Below, piece after piece: positions 16,674 to 25,700 of a DNA stretch of 38,683 bases; positions within the stretch are counted from its first letter, which is position 1; each line of letters starts with the position of its first letter. Origin of the DNA: a virus (Duplodnaviria; Caudoviricetes); IMG/VR virus record IMGVR_UViG_3300037721_000080, positions 1 through 38,683 of that record, one strand, 5' to 3'. The position numbers and the translations under genes are program-made. The notes beneath the pieces were generated by a model. It ran no database searches. It worked only from the letters and a program-made list of their open reading frames with translations, and was not told where the DNA came from.

Positions 16674-17264
16674 CTATCGCAGGCGCGCTTCGGCGGCTTC
16701 GGCTCTCTCCACAGCGTCCAGGTGCATACCGCCGCTCTGTTGCCATCGCGTCCAGAAGATCTTAGCGGCGGCCTTCCAATTCTCAGCCCGCCGTTGCGCG
16801 CCACGCCAGTGCCCCTTGACAGTTTCGGTTCTGTCGTCGCGTCGTCGCCACAGATCCAGATTCACCTTCTCCGCCTCGGCCAGCTTCGCTTCCAGCTCTT
16901 TCAGGTGCGAATTGTAGACCTCGTTGGCTGCGTTGAATGACTCGTCGTTCTCGGCTAGTTTCGCGCGCAGCTCCTCAACCAGCTTCGCCATCCCCTTCGC
17001 GCCGTCGTCATGACCGCGCCACCAGGCGGGATGCGCGCCGTCGGTGCCGTCGAATTCGGGACGGTCGCGGAGAGAGTCGACCATGTGAAGGAGCTTGTCG
17101 CGATAGACATCGGGGTACATCGCGCGAATCGCCTCAAGCTCAGTCGCGTCCTCGAATCCCTGCGCCCGAAGCCGTTCTTCTCTCGCAATTCGGCGCGCTT
17201 CCGCACACGTATGCTCGCCCAAATATGCGCTGTTGCACTGCTGGCAATGTTGATAGATGCTCAT
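16674..17264 (-). CDS. Hypothetical protein with N-terminal Cys/His cluster and coiled coil
   Basis: ATG 17264 in ATGA overlap with AGGAG RBS. Confidence 0.6.
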   Translation of the reverse strand: MSIYQHCQQCNSAYLGEHTCAEARRIAREERLRAQGFEDATELEAIRAMYPDVYRDKLLHMVDSLRDRPEFDGTDGAHPAWWRGHDDGAKGMAKLVEELRAKLAENDESFNAANEVYNSHLKELEAKLAEAEKVNLDLWRRRDDRTETVKGHWRGAQRRAENWKAAAKIFWTRWQQSGGMHLDAVERAEAAEARLR

Positions 17265-17569
17265 CGCTTCGGGCTCCTGACGTAGCGGACCACAGTGCCA
17301 CCGCAGAGGCTCACGCATTCATCAGCGTTGGTCCTGTCGCCGTAGACGTCGTAGGGAGCGTTCTCCCCGTTGACGATTACGAACACCTCATCCGGCCCCG
17401 CCGGCACTTTGGGCACCTTCACGCTCTTCACCGGTCTGCCGCGCTCCGGCGCAATCGGTCTGTCGTGTAGTAGCCCATCGTCGTCCGGCACTTCGGGCGC
17501 CGAACAATATCCAGCTGGCACATCATTCGGGTCCGTCACTTCGGGCGGTGGCTCGGCTGGCTTGCTCAT
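17261..17569 (-). CDS. Hypothetical protein
   Basis: 102 aa, ATGA-coupled. Confidence 0.55.
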   Translation of the reverse strand: MSKPAEPPPEVTDPNDVPAGYCSAPEVPDDDGLLHDRPIAPERGRPVKSVKVPKVPAGPDEVFVIVNGENAPYDVYGDRTNADECVSLCGGTVVRYVRSPKR

Positions 17570-17796
17570 TTCGCCCTCAGCGCGCGGAGGCAGTCGGGGC
17601 AGTCAGGCTCACCCTTTTCTTGACCCCATCGCATGGTCACGAACATCCCACATGCGGTCTCATCGGAGATGGCGTTTCGGTCCGGCCGTGTACGGCCAGC
17701 GTTGGCGGTTGCACACCAACCAGTGCGGTGTTTCACGATCCAAACATCGATCGGTTTACTCTTCGGCATCGGAGGGACCTTTCGCCCGGCGGTCAC
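17566..17796 (-). CDS. Small Zn-finger-like protein
   Basis: ETACG...PDCPDC; GGAGG RBS. Confidence 0.55.
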   Translation of the reverse strand: MTAGRKVPPMPKSKPIDVWIVKHRTGWCATANAGRTRPDRNAISDETACGMFVTMRWGQEKGEPDCPDCLRALRAK

Positions 17797-18014
17797 GACA
17801 CCACCTCCTCAACCAGCTCCCGCTCGGCCCTATTCAACCCGTCGGCGCAGTCGTAGTCGATATTGTCCCGATTGACGACGTGAACGTCAAGGTCCGGGTA
17901 CTCTTGACACAGGTCTGGAAGGAGCGACAGCACATCGGCGAATGAGACGTATTCCGCCGTAGTGTGCTTGACGTAACCACGGCTATCGGTGACTTCTACG
18001 ATGTATCGGTTCAT
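17793..18014 (-). CDS. Hypothetical protein
   Basis: 73 aa from ATG 18014, GAGG RBS. Confidence 0.55.
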   Translation of the reverse strand: MNRYIVEVTDSRGYVKHTTAEYVSFADVLSLLPDLCQEYPDLDVHVVNRDNIDYDCADGLNRAERELVEEVVS

Positions 18015-18030
18015 TGCGTCCCTCACTCTC

Positions 18031-18073
18031 ACCAGAAGCATACGACCGTCGACGGAGAAAGTAAAGTACTTAT
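18031..18073 (-). promoter_or_regulatory. Repeated phage promoter, copy 5 (short leader)
   Basis: Minus strand ATAAGTAC-TTTACT-N17-TATGCT, then a ~16-nt leader with GAGG before ATG 18014. Confidence 0.75.
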
Positions 18074-18086
18074 TTCGTCGGGCCGG

Positions 18087-18350
18087 TCACTTAAGCCCCT
18101 CCTCCAACCTATCCAAAATAGCCTCCCACTGCTCCGGCCACAGCTGTTGCAGCTTCTCCGGGGTGGTGACGACGTAACAGCTCTGACGGCCTCGCTTGTC
18201 CACCGTCGCATCGATCTTCATCGCGATGCCGTGCTTATGCCACAGGCGGCAGACCCGCTGCGGCTTCCAGCCGACGAGTCTGGCTACCTCGTGAGCGTAG
18301 ATGTAGACGGGGTATTTCAGGGGGGAGGGCGTGCGTTTAGGTGCGGGCAT
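18087..18350 (-). CDS. Putative HTH DNA-binding protein
   Basis: YAHEVARLVGWKPQRVCRLW resembles a MerR/Xis-type HTH. Confidence 0.5.
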   Translation of the reverse strand: MPAPKRTPSPLKYPVYIYAHEVARLVGWKPQRVCRLWHKHGIAMKIDATVDKRGRQSCYVVTTPEKLQQLWPEQWEAILDRLEEGLK

Positions 18351-18541
18351 AAGTAGTGTTCCAGCGGACGCCGCCATAGGTGTGAAAGACGACGTGGCGA
18401 CCTGTATCGAGCCAGCGCTTCATGACGAGCTGGCCACGGACGTAGACGAAGAGTTCTCTGCCGTACTGGACGGTGAAGGTTGAGGGGTTCATTCGGACAG
18501 GAGCCAGGCTGTCGCCCAAGCCAACAATACGAACAGTAACA

Positions 18542-18835
18542 TCACGCCAGCCTCTCGTTCAGCGAACGCGCTAGCCCGTAAACCTCGACGCTCAGCAGGT
18601 CCAACTTCTCGGCGTCCCCGCTCCGAATCTCCTCTAGGCGGTCCTCTGTTACTACAACGCACCCGAGCATCATTCCTCTGCGCGATAAGCGCACGACGTA
18701 TTCCTCGTTTCGATAGTCTACAGTAGCGTCGAAACGCAAACGCTCTAGTTCGGGCTCAACTAGATCCACAAGTAAGTTGGTGAGGTAGATCGCCGCTTCA
18801 AGTTCGTCCGTTAGTTTAATCCGTACGGTACTCAT
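18542..18835 (-). CDS. Hypothetical protein
   Basis: 97 aa, ATGA overlap, GAGG RBS. Confidence 0.55.
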   Translation of the reverse strand: MSTVRIKLTDELEAAIYLTNLLVDLVEPELERLRFDATVDYRNEEYVVRLSRRGMMLGCVVVTEDRLEEIRSGDAEKLDLLSVEVYGLARSLNERLA

Positions 18836-19431
18836 GCCGCTTCCTCTTCCCAGCTAGTGCTATTCCACGATCTCCACATTCGCACCCTAAGCAGGTCCGC
18901 CTGCTTCCGAATCCGACGCAACAGCGAGGCGCGCCACTCGGTCGGAACGGTGCGCTGTGCCAGCTCGAGGTTAGCCAGGCGCTCGTCGGGGCGTAGGCCT
19001 TCGACGGGGGTCTGGGAGCGTAGGTAGGTCTGACCGCTATTCGTATGAGCGTAGAAACACATGAGCCGACCTGGGTTGGCCTGGTGTGCCCACCTACAGC
19101 CGCTGTCTCCATACCACAACTCTAGAAGTCTAGCGCCGACGGCATCATTACGTTCAACCGCCAGCATGCGGCGCGACACGCGCCCGAATCGATCCAGAAG
19201 CTCGGGGTCCATCTCATATGCGGGATGGCTGTCTTCACGGGGCACAAAGATATATTTCCACTTCTCGGCACCATGTAGAACAGGGATTAGCTTATTGCTT
19301 GGATTGCGCGAGAATATCTGCGCACGCTCTAACGTACGTCCAAAGTTACTATGGAAGAAGGTTGACGTCCCCGCACCCAAATACCAGGAAATTTCATTCT
19401 CGTCTCGTAAACTGATTCTCAAGATGCCCAC
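18832..19431 (-). CDS. Hypothetical protein
   Basis: 199 aa, operon-coupled. Confidence 0.6.
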   Translation of the reverse strand: MGILRISLRDENEISWYLGAGTSTFFHSNFGRTLERAQIFSRNPSNKLIPVLHGAEKWKYIFVPREDSHPAYEMDPELLDRFGRVSRRMLAVERNDAVGARLLELWYGDSGCRWAHQANPGRLMCFYAHTNSGQTYLRSQTPVEGLRPDERLANLELAQRTVPTEWRASLLRRIRKQADLLRVRMWRSWNSTSWEEEAA

Positions 19432-19895
19432 CGTTCGTGTCTAACTAATCGTCCAACGTGTTGCCTACGTATCCCGAAGTCCGCCGCAATTGTACGGTGG
19501 TTCTCACCGTCGGCAGCGCGACGTCGAATCTCCTCAACCTTCTTAAGTGTGAGCTTAGAAGAGGGATGGTCTTCGCCCCTTACAACGCGGTGGCGGCCTT
19601 TCGCCATCTTATCGGCAGTGTTCTCTTGGTTCGTACCAAGAAATAAGTGTTGAACGTTACAACACTCTGGCGTGTCGCACTTGTGTAGTACACACATACC
19701 ATCGGGTATGGGTCCGTGTTCAAACGTCCACGCGGCGCGATGAGCCTTTACCTGCTTATGCTCGCCGTCATGAATGAGCCCATAACCGTTCTTGTCACCA
19801 GCCGCTGTCCAGAGCAAGCAGCCTGTCATGGGCTCAGGACACAGTTTCGATTCAAACCGCTCCTTAAACGGTGTCTTGGGACGGCTACCTCTCAT
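19419..19895 (-). CDS. HNH homing endonuclease with C-terminal HTH
   Basis: GCLLWT...KAHRAAW...VLHKCDTPECCNVQHLFLGTNQEN (HNH_3 type); C-terminal KLT...IAADFGI helix-turn-helix. Confidence 0.9.
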   Translation of the reverse strand: MRGSRPKTPFKERFESKLCPEPMTGCLLWTAAGDKNGYGLIHDGEHKQVKAHRAAWTFEHGPIPDGMCVLHKCDTPECCNVQHLFLGTNQENTADKMAKGRHRVVRGEDHPSSKLTLKKVEEIRRRAADGENHRTIAADFGIRRQHVGRLVRHERWAS

Positions 19896-19896
19896 C

Positions 19897-20181
19897 TTAC
19901 AACTGCTTCAGCACTCCACTAATCGCATAAGCCATACCAATGTAATACACCCGCTGTGACTCATCGCCGGTTGCCCGGCAGTCGCGAGCCAGCGCCGCGT
20001 AATGCTCACGGTCGCTCGTAAGCCGCTTGCGCATGGCCTCTCGCCGGTTCAGGAGCCGCACCACCCGGTGCTTGTTCCCAGGGCTTGCAGTGTTGGCGTA
20101 GCGCACGCCGTCAACAGCCGCTTGACGGTCGGTGTACTTGGAACTACGCCAGCCATCGGAGCCTACGACTTGATATCTCAT
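19897..20181 (-). CDS. Hypothetical protein
   Basis: 94 aa, tightly packed. Confidence 0.55.
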   Translation of the reverse strand: MRYQVVGSDGWRSSKYTDRQAAVDGVRYANTASPGNKHRVVRLLNRREAMRKRLTSDREHYAALARDCRATGDESQRVYYIGMAYAISGVLKQL

Positions 20182-20400
20182 TTAGTTCGCCCCCATGTCT
20201 CTAATCGGAACCCTACCCACTTCAGCCAGCCTGATGATATTCACCATCGTCGTCGCAAACTCACAGAGTTGCTCCGGTGTAGCCCCCGCTTGCAGCAGCT
20301 TTCCGATTCCGAGGAGGATCGCCTTACCGATGAGTTCATCGGTGCCCTCACGAATCGCAGAGATTTGTTCTTCAGAGACCATCTGAGGTGTCTTTGACAT
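20182..20400 (-). CDS. Hypothetical protein
   Basis: 72 aa from ATG 20400. Confidence 0.5.
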   Translation of the reverse strand: MSKTPQMVSEEQISAIREGTDELIGKAILLGIGKLLQAGATPEQLCEFATTMVNIIRLAEVGRVPIRDMGAN

Positions 20401-20629
20401 CGAACGCGTGATCGGCCATCCAATGGCGCATGTGCTCGATTCCGCCCCTGAGCTCACAGCGTAATTGTTCCGGGTCGCGGTCGGGGGAAACGGATACGAC
20501 CAGGTGATGTTGGTGGCGAATGCGAATCTCATATCGCCCGTCTTCTTTAGATTCAATCCACGTCTCAAAATACGTAGGGAGATCAGCCTTCGTCTCGTCC
20601 AGAATCGCTTGAATATCTTCTTTCGTCAT
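20372..20629 (-). CDS. Hypothetical protein
   Basis: 85 aa from ATG 20629; AGGAG upstream. Confidence 0.55.
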   Translation of the reverse strand: MTKEDIQAILDETKADLPTYFETWIESKEDGRYEIRIRHQHHLVVSVSPDRDPEQLRCELRGGIEHMRHWMADHAFDVKDTSDGL

Positions 20630-20645
20630 GTTTCCTACTCCTAAG

Positions 20646-20867
20646 TCAGAGACCACGTCGGATCCTGATACGTTCGCTTGCTCGGATGTCCGCAACGAAG
20701 GTGGAGATGAGCTCAGAGCTGGTCGACGGGTCGTGCGTGTACGCCGCAGTGACGATAGGTCCGAGCATGTCAGCGATTTGCAGGTCTGTAAGCTCCGCAA
20801 GGCTCTCGGCGATTTCATCGTCGCCCGGGGGAAACCAGTCGGTCGGCACGCGGTGTGTGTCAGACAT
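20646..20867 (-). CDS. Hypothetical protein
   Basis: 73 aa from ATG 20867; GAGG RBS. Confidence 0.5.
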   Translation of the reverse strand: MSDTHRVPTDWFPPGDDEIAESLAELTDLQIADMLGPIVTAAYTHDPSTSSELISTFVADIRASERIRIRRGL

Positions 20868-21036
20868 CGAGGCGTCCTCGGATGTAGGCAGAGCGGGAGC
20901 GGAGAGCGGTGGCGATGTCGGAGGACAGAGCTGACAGGGTCCGGTCGGTGGAGGCAAACTGAGCAGCGTCGCTGTCGGCGTATTCCGCGTGCTCATCGTC
21001 GGTCTGCATCATCGTTTCGAGATCGTCTTTGTTCAT
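20860..21036 (-). CDS. Small acidic hypothetical protein (58 aa)
   Basis: MNKDDLETMMQTDDEHAEYADSD...; GAGG RBS; first gene after the 21085 promoter. Not in the ORF track. Confidence 0.55.
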   Translation of the reverse strand: MNKDDLETMMQTDDEHAEYADSDAAQFASTDRTLSALSSDIATALRSRSAYIRGRLDV

Positions 21037-21057
21037 GGTGCGTTACCTCGTGATGTA

Positions 21058-21085
21058 ACAGTAAGGTACCTTACTTATTTGTCAA
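21058..21085 (-). promoter_or_regulatory. Sigma70 promoter with a perfect 16-bp palindromic operator
   Basis: TTGACA-N16-TACTGT; AGTAAGGTACCTTACT (21060-21075) covers the spacer and -10 box. Confidence 0.75.
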
Positions 21086-21276
21086 GGCGCCCTGGGCGGG
21101 AACGTAATAAAATCACATGACAGTTTGCCATGGGCGGCGAGATAGTTTCGCATCTTCATCCGTAGTTCTACGAAGCGCTCGCCACTCAAGTAGGCTGTAA
21201 TTTCATCTTTAGTTAGCCCGGACTCAGTAAGAATCTGCTCTTTCAGCATCCTATTGAGCCTATCAAGCGAACTCAC
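21082..21276 (-). CDS. Hypothetical protein
   Basis: 64 aa, GTGA overlap. Confidence 0.5.
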   Translation of the reverse strand: MSSLDRLNRMLKEQILTESGLTKDEITAYLSGERFVELRMKMRNYLAAHGKLSCDFITFPPRAP

Positions 21277-21905
21277 TTACCCCTCACTGCATACGCGTGG
21301 TATTTTCTGCACGTGAAGCACGCATACCGACCGTCCGACAGATTCGGTTCGGCGTAGTTATTCGACTCCAGACACCGCACACAGGCCATAGGGGGGCGCC
21401 TGGGAGGAGCCGCCTCAGCGCCAGCTGGCTCGATGTCGTCATCCGACACCCAGTACTGAGTCGTGCCGAAGATCACCCGATGGCGTAGGGAGTCGGTAAC
21501 GATTCCCTCGATGTCATACGTCCCCACGTCCCCAACCTTTGCCCTCACGACGGCTAAGCCGACGCCTTCCCCATGCTCTCGTGTAGCTCTGATTCTGTCT
21601 CCTGTCCTGTACGTATGGAGGACCGTAAGACCGGAATCCACCGCGTGCCAGGAACCCTCGGTGTACGTCACGATATGGTCACCGCCATTGCTGAGACCTA
21701 CGACACCTACGCCGTGAGTGGGATGACGGACCCTATCGCCTACGTTGAAGGCGACGAGGGGTCGGAGCTCGGAAGCTAGATAGGGCCACATCATCGCACC
21801 CGTATCCCATTGTACGCCAAACTCTCCCGCGTCCACCCTGGTAATGGTTCCAGTGTAGGTTAACGGTAGCAGAGCGTACTTTACTCTATCGCCTACTTTA
21901 AACAT
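21273..21905 (-). CDS. Protein with tandem (F/Y)xxGDR(V/I) SH3/KOW-like modules and a C-terminal Zn finger
   Basis: FKVGDRV, FNVGDRV and YRTGDRI repeats; CVRC...CFTC; GGAGG RBS. Confidence 0.65.
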   Translation of the reverse strand: MFKVGDRVKYALLPLTYTGTITRVDAGEFGVQWDTGAMMWPYLASELRPLVAFNVGDRVRHPTHGVGVVGLSNGGDHIVTYTEGSWHAVDSGLTVLHTYRTGDRIRATREHGEGVGLAVVRAKVGDVGTYDIEGIVTDSLRHRVIFGTTQYWVSDDDIEPAGAEAAPPRRPPMACVRCLESNNYAEPNLSDGRYACFTCRKYHAYAVRGK

Positions 21906-21948
21906 CGCTGTGCGCCTCCAGGACGCTCTCGGACCTCGGACCCACTCG

Positions 21949-22110
21949 CTACCCGTTCCTCGGCTCCTCTGGCGCCAGCAAGGCGCTCAGAGCCAGCAAC
22001 AGCCCACAGACCAGGGCCCACCAGAACAGCTCCGGTCGGTGGGTCAGGACGGCGCCACAGGCGATGGCCACGTTTGCCAGGGCGCCGAGGTAGAGGAGGA
22101 CGATTCGCAT
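21949..22110 (-). CDS. Small two-TM membrane protein (53 aa)
   Basis: MRIVLLYLGALANVAIACGAVLTHRPELFWWALVCGLLLALSALLAPEEPRNG; preceded by TTGACT-N16-TATACC-N6-ATG. Not in the ORF track. Confidence 0.55.
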   Translation of the reverse strand: MRIVLLYLGALANVAIACGAVLTHRPELFWWALVCGLLLALSALLAPEEPRNG

Positions 22111-22226
22111 GTTACTGGTATAATACCCTAGATAATGAAGTCAACTACTTTACTCCCTCACACCATAAATACAAAAGTAAGTAAGAATATTTTATAAAGA
22201 GTACGCGCGCGAGGTGGGGCTGTAAG

Positions 22227-24242
22227 TTACTTTATTTTACGGTACACGCGCTGCGTTTTGCCGTTCAGCCACTCGGGTTTATTCTCCCAGTGTAATCTTT
22301 TCAGGCACACTGCAACTCGCTGCTGTATGTTCTGGTCCCACTTGTCGCGGGATACGCCGAGATGATCTAGAATCTCCGCCACTGTAATCTCGGGTAGGTT
22401 ACTGAGGTAATGACCAATCAGTTCCTGCCACGGGTCGGAAACGAATCGCCTATCTTGCTCCGCCTTACAGAGGCGTACCTCCTCAGGCGTATCCGGATAC
22501 CAGCGCCGTTCCGTCTCGTAGAGTTCGACGGCTTCAGCCCAGAGCTGATCGCGGTCTCGCTTGAGCGCATTGATATCGATTGCGCCACACTTGACGGGCC
22601 AGTAGCGACGTCCACCGGTGGGGTCGATGAGATACTCGTCTTCATTCGTCGTGCCGATAAAGACGCACTGGCGAGGGAAGGAGCGGGTCGACTTCTCGAA
22701 CGCCGGTCGGAAGCGGTCTTCGCAGGAACTGAAGAACGCCTTAGCGCGGGAGGAACCGGTGCCCTTAAGCGCAGCTAACTCCGCAAGCTCAACAATCCAC
22801 ATACCCTGTATGTTCGAGTAAGCGTCCTTATCGCCTAGGGGTATAGGCGTATCGGAGAACCACTTACCTCCAAGGATACCGACAGACTTAGACTTACCGT
22901 GCCCCGTTTCACCCTCAAAGATAAGAAGGGAGTCCACCTTGCAGCCGGGGTCGAGGACCCGAGCAACGGCGGATATCATCCACCATTTCCCTACAAGACG
23001 AGCGTAAGGCGTATCAGCTACGCCTAAGTAGGTACTCAGCCAGCGCGAGACGCGGGGGATTTTATCGTACGTGAGGTTCGTCGTCAGGTACTCCCGCACT
23101 GGGTGTACCGCTCGCTCGTATGCCGCCATGCGAATAGCGGAGCAGACGATCGTCTCGGTAAACTGCGTATTCGTTTCGGCTAGAAGCCACTGCTGAACGT
23201 AGGAGTAATGATGGTCCAGTGCCTCACCCGGCTTAGGTGGGGTGAAACCAGAGACTAGAGGGAGGGTATCGCGCCAGAGGTACTTGTTCGCGAACTCGTC
23301 GTAGATGAGTTTACCGGCCCAGTCCTTATGGTGCGTGATGTACAGCGCCGCGTTAGCCGTCGTTTTCTGAGGGCGGTCCTTACCGAAGATGATTCCATGT
23401 TTCCACATGTCGTCGTCGGTGAGTGAGACGGACGCATCGATAACGCTGGGCTTAGCGCTACCCGGCTCGTACTTGCTGGCTGAGTTGGCGATCGTGTGTA
23501 CCTCCGCGACGTCCAGAGGAGGACGACAGCGCCCCTCGTTCATTGCCTTGAGCGCTGCGAAAATCTCCGAGTACTCGAACCCCTGGTTGCGTAGCTTCGC
23601 CCCATGTTTAAAGAGCGTTATGTTTCGTTCGCCATGAATGACGTTATCGGGTACGGCCCCGAGAGGAGCCTTTGGCTTGCGTAGCGCCTCGAATACCCAT
23701 TGCGGTAACGCTGCAACGTCGTCGGTACTCGCCCACTGGTAGGTACCACCGGAGATGTGGATACTTGGGGGCGCGACGATGTAGCCGCCATCACCACGCA
23801 CGTCCACGCCGTTACCGAGAGAAGCGGCCGAGTTGCGGAGCTCCTCCGTCACCGAGAACAGAAGATGCTTTCCACCGCCACCCGTAGCGGATTCAAGCGT
23901 CGGGGGAAGTGGAGCGTTAGCTTGCTCTACGGCCGCCAGTCCCTCCGTGCCACCGTGGCGGGGATCGATATCGATAACGATGAGTCCGTTACCGGTACGG
24001 AGGCCGATGTTCGCTTGGGGCCACTTGCGCCACCATGCGCGGATGACCTCTGGGTCCGTACTCGCTCCAGTGAGACCGTTCTCAATGCGAGGGTGCTTAC
24101 CGGCGCGACCGCAAGCGAATGCGCCACACGTGCATTTCTCGTTTTTGATACTGTGTAGTGGGAAGACGGGCCAGTTGCGGGAAGCGTAGTAGAGGGCGAA
24201 ATCAAGGGGGGAAGATGAGAGCGCGGGTAGGTTCAAGGACAC
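22227..24242 (-). CDS. Primase-helicase: Prim-Pol + PriCT + VirE/VapE-type NTPase
   Basis: WPVFPL...GKHP...ANIGLRTG...VIDIDPRHGG...TGGGGKHL...DVRGDGGYIVAPPS (Prim-Pol); GERNITLF (PriCT); EGETGHGKS, WIVELAEL, FIGTTN, DPTGGRRYWPV (VirE/VapE). Confidence 0.92.
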   Translation of the reverse strand: MSLNLPALSSSPLDFALYYASRNWPVFPLHSIKNEKCTCGAFACGRAGKHPRIENGLTGASTDPEVIRAWWRKWPQANIGLRTGNGLIVIDIDPRHGGTEGLAAVEQANAPLPPTLESATGGGGKHLLFSVTEELRNSAASLGNGVDVRGDGGYIVAPPSIHISGGTYQWASTDDVAALPQWVFEALRKPKAPLGAVPDNVIHGERNITLFKHGAKLRNQGFEYSEIFAALKAMNEGRCRPPLDVAEVHTIANSASKYEPGSAKPSVIDASVSLTDDDMWKHGIIFGKDRPQKTTANAALYITHHKDWAGKLIYDEFANKYLWRDTLPLVSGFTPPKPGEALDHHYSYVQQWLLAETNTQFTETIVCSAIRMAAYERAVHPVREYLTTNLTYDKIPRVSRWLSTYLGVADTPYARLVGKWWMISAVARVLDPGCKVDSLLIFEGETGHGKSKSVGILGGKWFSDTPIPLGDKDAYSNIQGMWIVELAELAALKGTGSSRAKAFFSSCEDRFRPAFEKSTRSFPRQCVFIGTTNEDEYLIDPTGGRRYWPVKCGAIDINALKRDRDQLWAEAVELYETERRWYPDTPEEVRLCKAEQDRRFVSDPWQELIGHYLSNLPEITVAEILDHLGVSRDKWDQNIQQRVAVCLKRLHWENKPEWLNGKTQRVYRKIK

Positions 24243-24412
24243 CAGTCTCCAGTTTCGGGGTCAAACAGTTCGGCGCTTTGTTCGTATTCCTCCCAGGCTG
24301 CTACAGCTTCGTCGTAAATTCGCGAAGCGAAGTCCTCGGGAGTCTCAAACTCGGCTCTAGTTGCATGCAATCGTGCGAGATAGATTTGCGTGAATATTTC
24401 TAGGTCGGTCAT
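24233..24412 (-). CDS. Small acidic hypothetical protein (59 aa)
   Basis: MTDLEIFTQIYLARLH...; ATGA overlap with the upstream gene. Not in the ORF track. Confidence 0.55.
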   Translation of the reverse strand: MTDLEIFTQIYLARLHATRAEFETPEDFASRIYDEAVAAWEEYEQSAELFDPETGDWCP

Positions 24413-24804
24413 TTACGTTTGCCTCTGTATCTGCATTGCTCGCACATCGCAGGTTCTCCCTTAGCTCGCGACACGGCGGGCCTGCCTTCGCAGTAATAGC
24501 AATCACGCACGCGCACCACGGGGATCGGCGTGAGCTCAGCAGGCTCCGGGTCCGGCTCGGGAGGAGGCGTAGGGATGTAGAAGGCGGTAGTGGGTTGGAG
24601 GTCCGCTGCGTGAGCAACCATGCGTTGCTCGTACTTGTATCCACAAGGCAGCGAGCACGATTTCCACTGGACAATAAAATCCCAAGGATTCCCATTTTCA
24701 ATGAGAACGACCTGGCCAGTTGTCCCAGCCTGGATTCCTTTTCCGGGTGGCTTAAGGTCCACGTCGGTTCGGATGACCGCGTCGCCTACCTTAAACTCTT
24801 TCAT
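24409..24804 (-). CDS. SH3/KOW-like + Zn-finger protein
   Basis: FKVGDAV...; CYYC...CEQC; GGAGG RBS. Confidence 0.6.
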   Translation of the reverse strand: MKEFKVGDAVIRTDVDLKPPGKGIQAGTTGQVVLIENGNPWDFIVQWKSCSLPCGYKYEQRMVAHAADLQPTTAFYIPTPPPEPDPEPAELTPIPVVRVRDCYYCEGRPAVSRAKGEPAMCEQCRYRGKRK

Positions 24805-25067
24805 CGCTTAACCCTCCCCACCGCCTCAGCCGCGTCCTTACCGGTAAACAACCCATAGGTTGTAAGGAGTGCCTTGATTTCAGCTATAGCGTCGCTGCGT
24901 CCGTGCTGGTATCCCTCAGCGTACGTGTCGTCGGGGTCGGAGAGCTCTGCCTGTAGCAACTGCGCCAGGTTCCAACGGACCAGCGCCGGAGCGCCGATGC
25001 GGTGGCATTCTTCGATAGCGTCGCGAACGCCTCGTTTGTAGCTAGAGGCGGGGGGATCGTTTTTCAT
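24801..25067 (-). CDS. Hypothetical protein
   Basis: 88 aa with YKRGVRDA / YQHGRSDA repeats. Confidence 0.55.
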   Translation of the reverse strand: MKNDPPASSYKRGVRDAIEECHRIGAPALVRWNLAQLLQAELSDPDDTYAEGYQHGRSDAIAEIKALLTTYGLFTGKDAAEAVGRVKR

Positions 25068-25251
25068 CTAAATAACTCTCCAATAACCAGACAGCACAAG
25101 CGGCGCCCCACCATGGAAGCGCCGCTAAGGAACCTATACGGAAGAGAATAATGCTAGGGCGCATCGAGGTTCACTCGGCTCCCATGATTGCGGATGTAGC
25201 GCAGATCCCGACATACCTCCGGTGGGGAGGAGCAGGAGAGGAGGAGCAGTG

Positions 25252-25440
25252 TCAGGGCAGCGTATCGGTACAGCGACAATAATTTTTCCAATCGAAGCTG
25301 AATGACTTTGCCCCAAGCTCCGTGCAGGTCTTTCGACAGGCCTCGAAGTGGGTCCGATAATTATCCAGTGCAATCTCGTGATGCGAGCGAGGGTCGCACG
25401 CGATCACAAAGACTGAGACCAGGATGGCTGCTTTCATCAC
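25252..25440 (-). CDS. Small putative lipoprotein
   Basis: MMKAAILVSVFVIAC lipobox-like signal; further Cys pairs. Confidence 0.5.
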   Translation of the reverse strand: MMKAAILVSVFVIACDPRSHHEIALDNYRTHFEACRKTCTELGAKSFSFDWKNYCRCTDTLP

Positions 25441-25700
25441 TTCAGATACTCGTCCGCAGCGTGCCAGATCTCCTTCGCCACTCTCAGTCGCTCAACGTCG
25501 TCCGGCATTGCCGCCAGCTGCACGCGCACGCTGGTGATAAGTCCGTCGGGGCTCTGCACGACCTGCACGGCGTGCTTGTTAATCTCTTTGCTGCTGAGTG
25601 TGACCTCGGTCCCGTCTGCCTTGACGCAGCGGCGTGAGCGCCCCGTGCGTTCGTGGACGGTGAGGGGACCGTGGGTGGGGTGAATGAAAGATGAGATCAT
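25437..25700 (-). CDS. Hypothetical protein
   Basis: 87 aa, ATGA-coupled. Confidence 0.55.
   Translation of the reverse strand: MISSFIHPTHGPLTVHERTGRSRRCVKADGTEVTLSSKEINKHAVQVVQSPDGLITSVRVQLAAMPDDVERLRVAKEIWHAADEYLK

Noticed and set aside
21876-21886. GTACTTTACT copy inside the 21273-21905 gene
   Set aside because: No -10 box at 17 nt; lies within coding sequence; probably chance.
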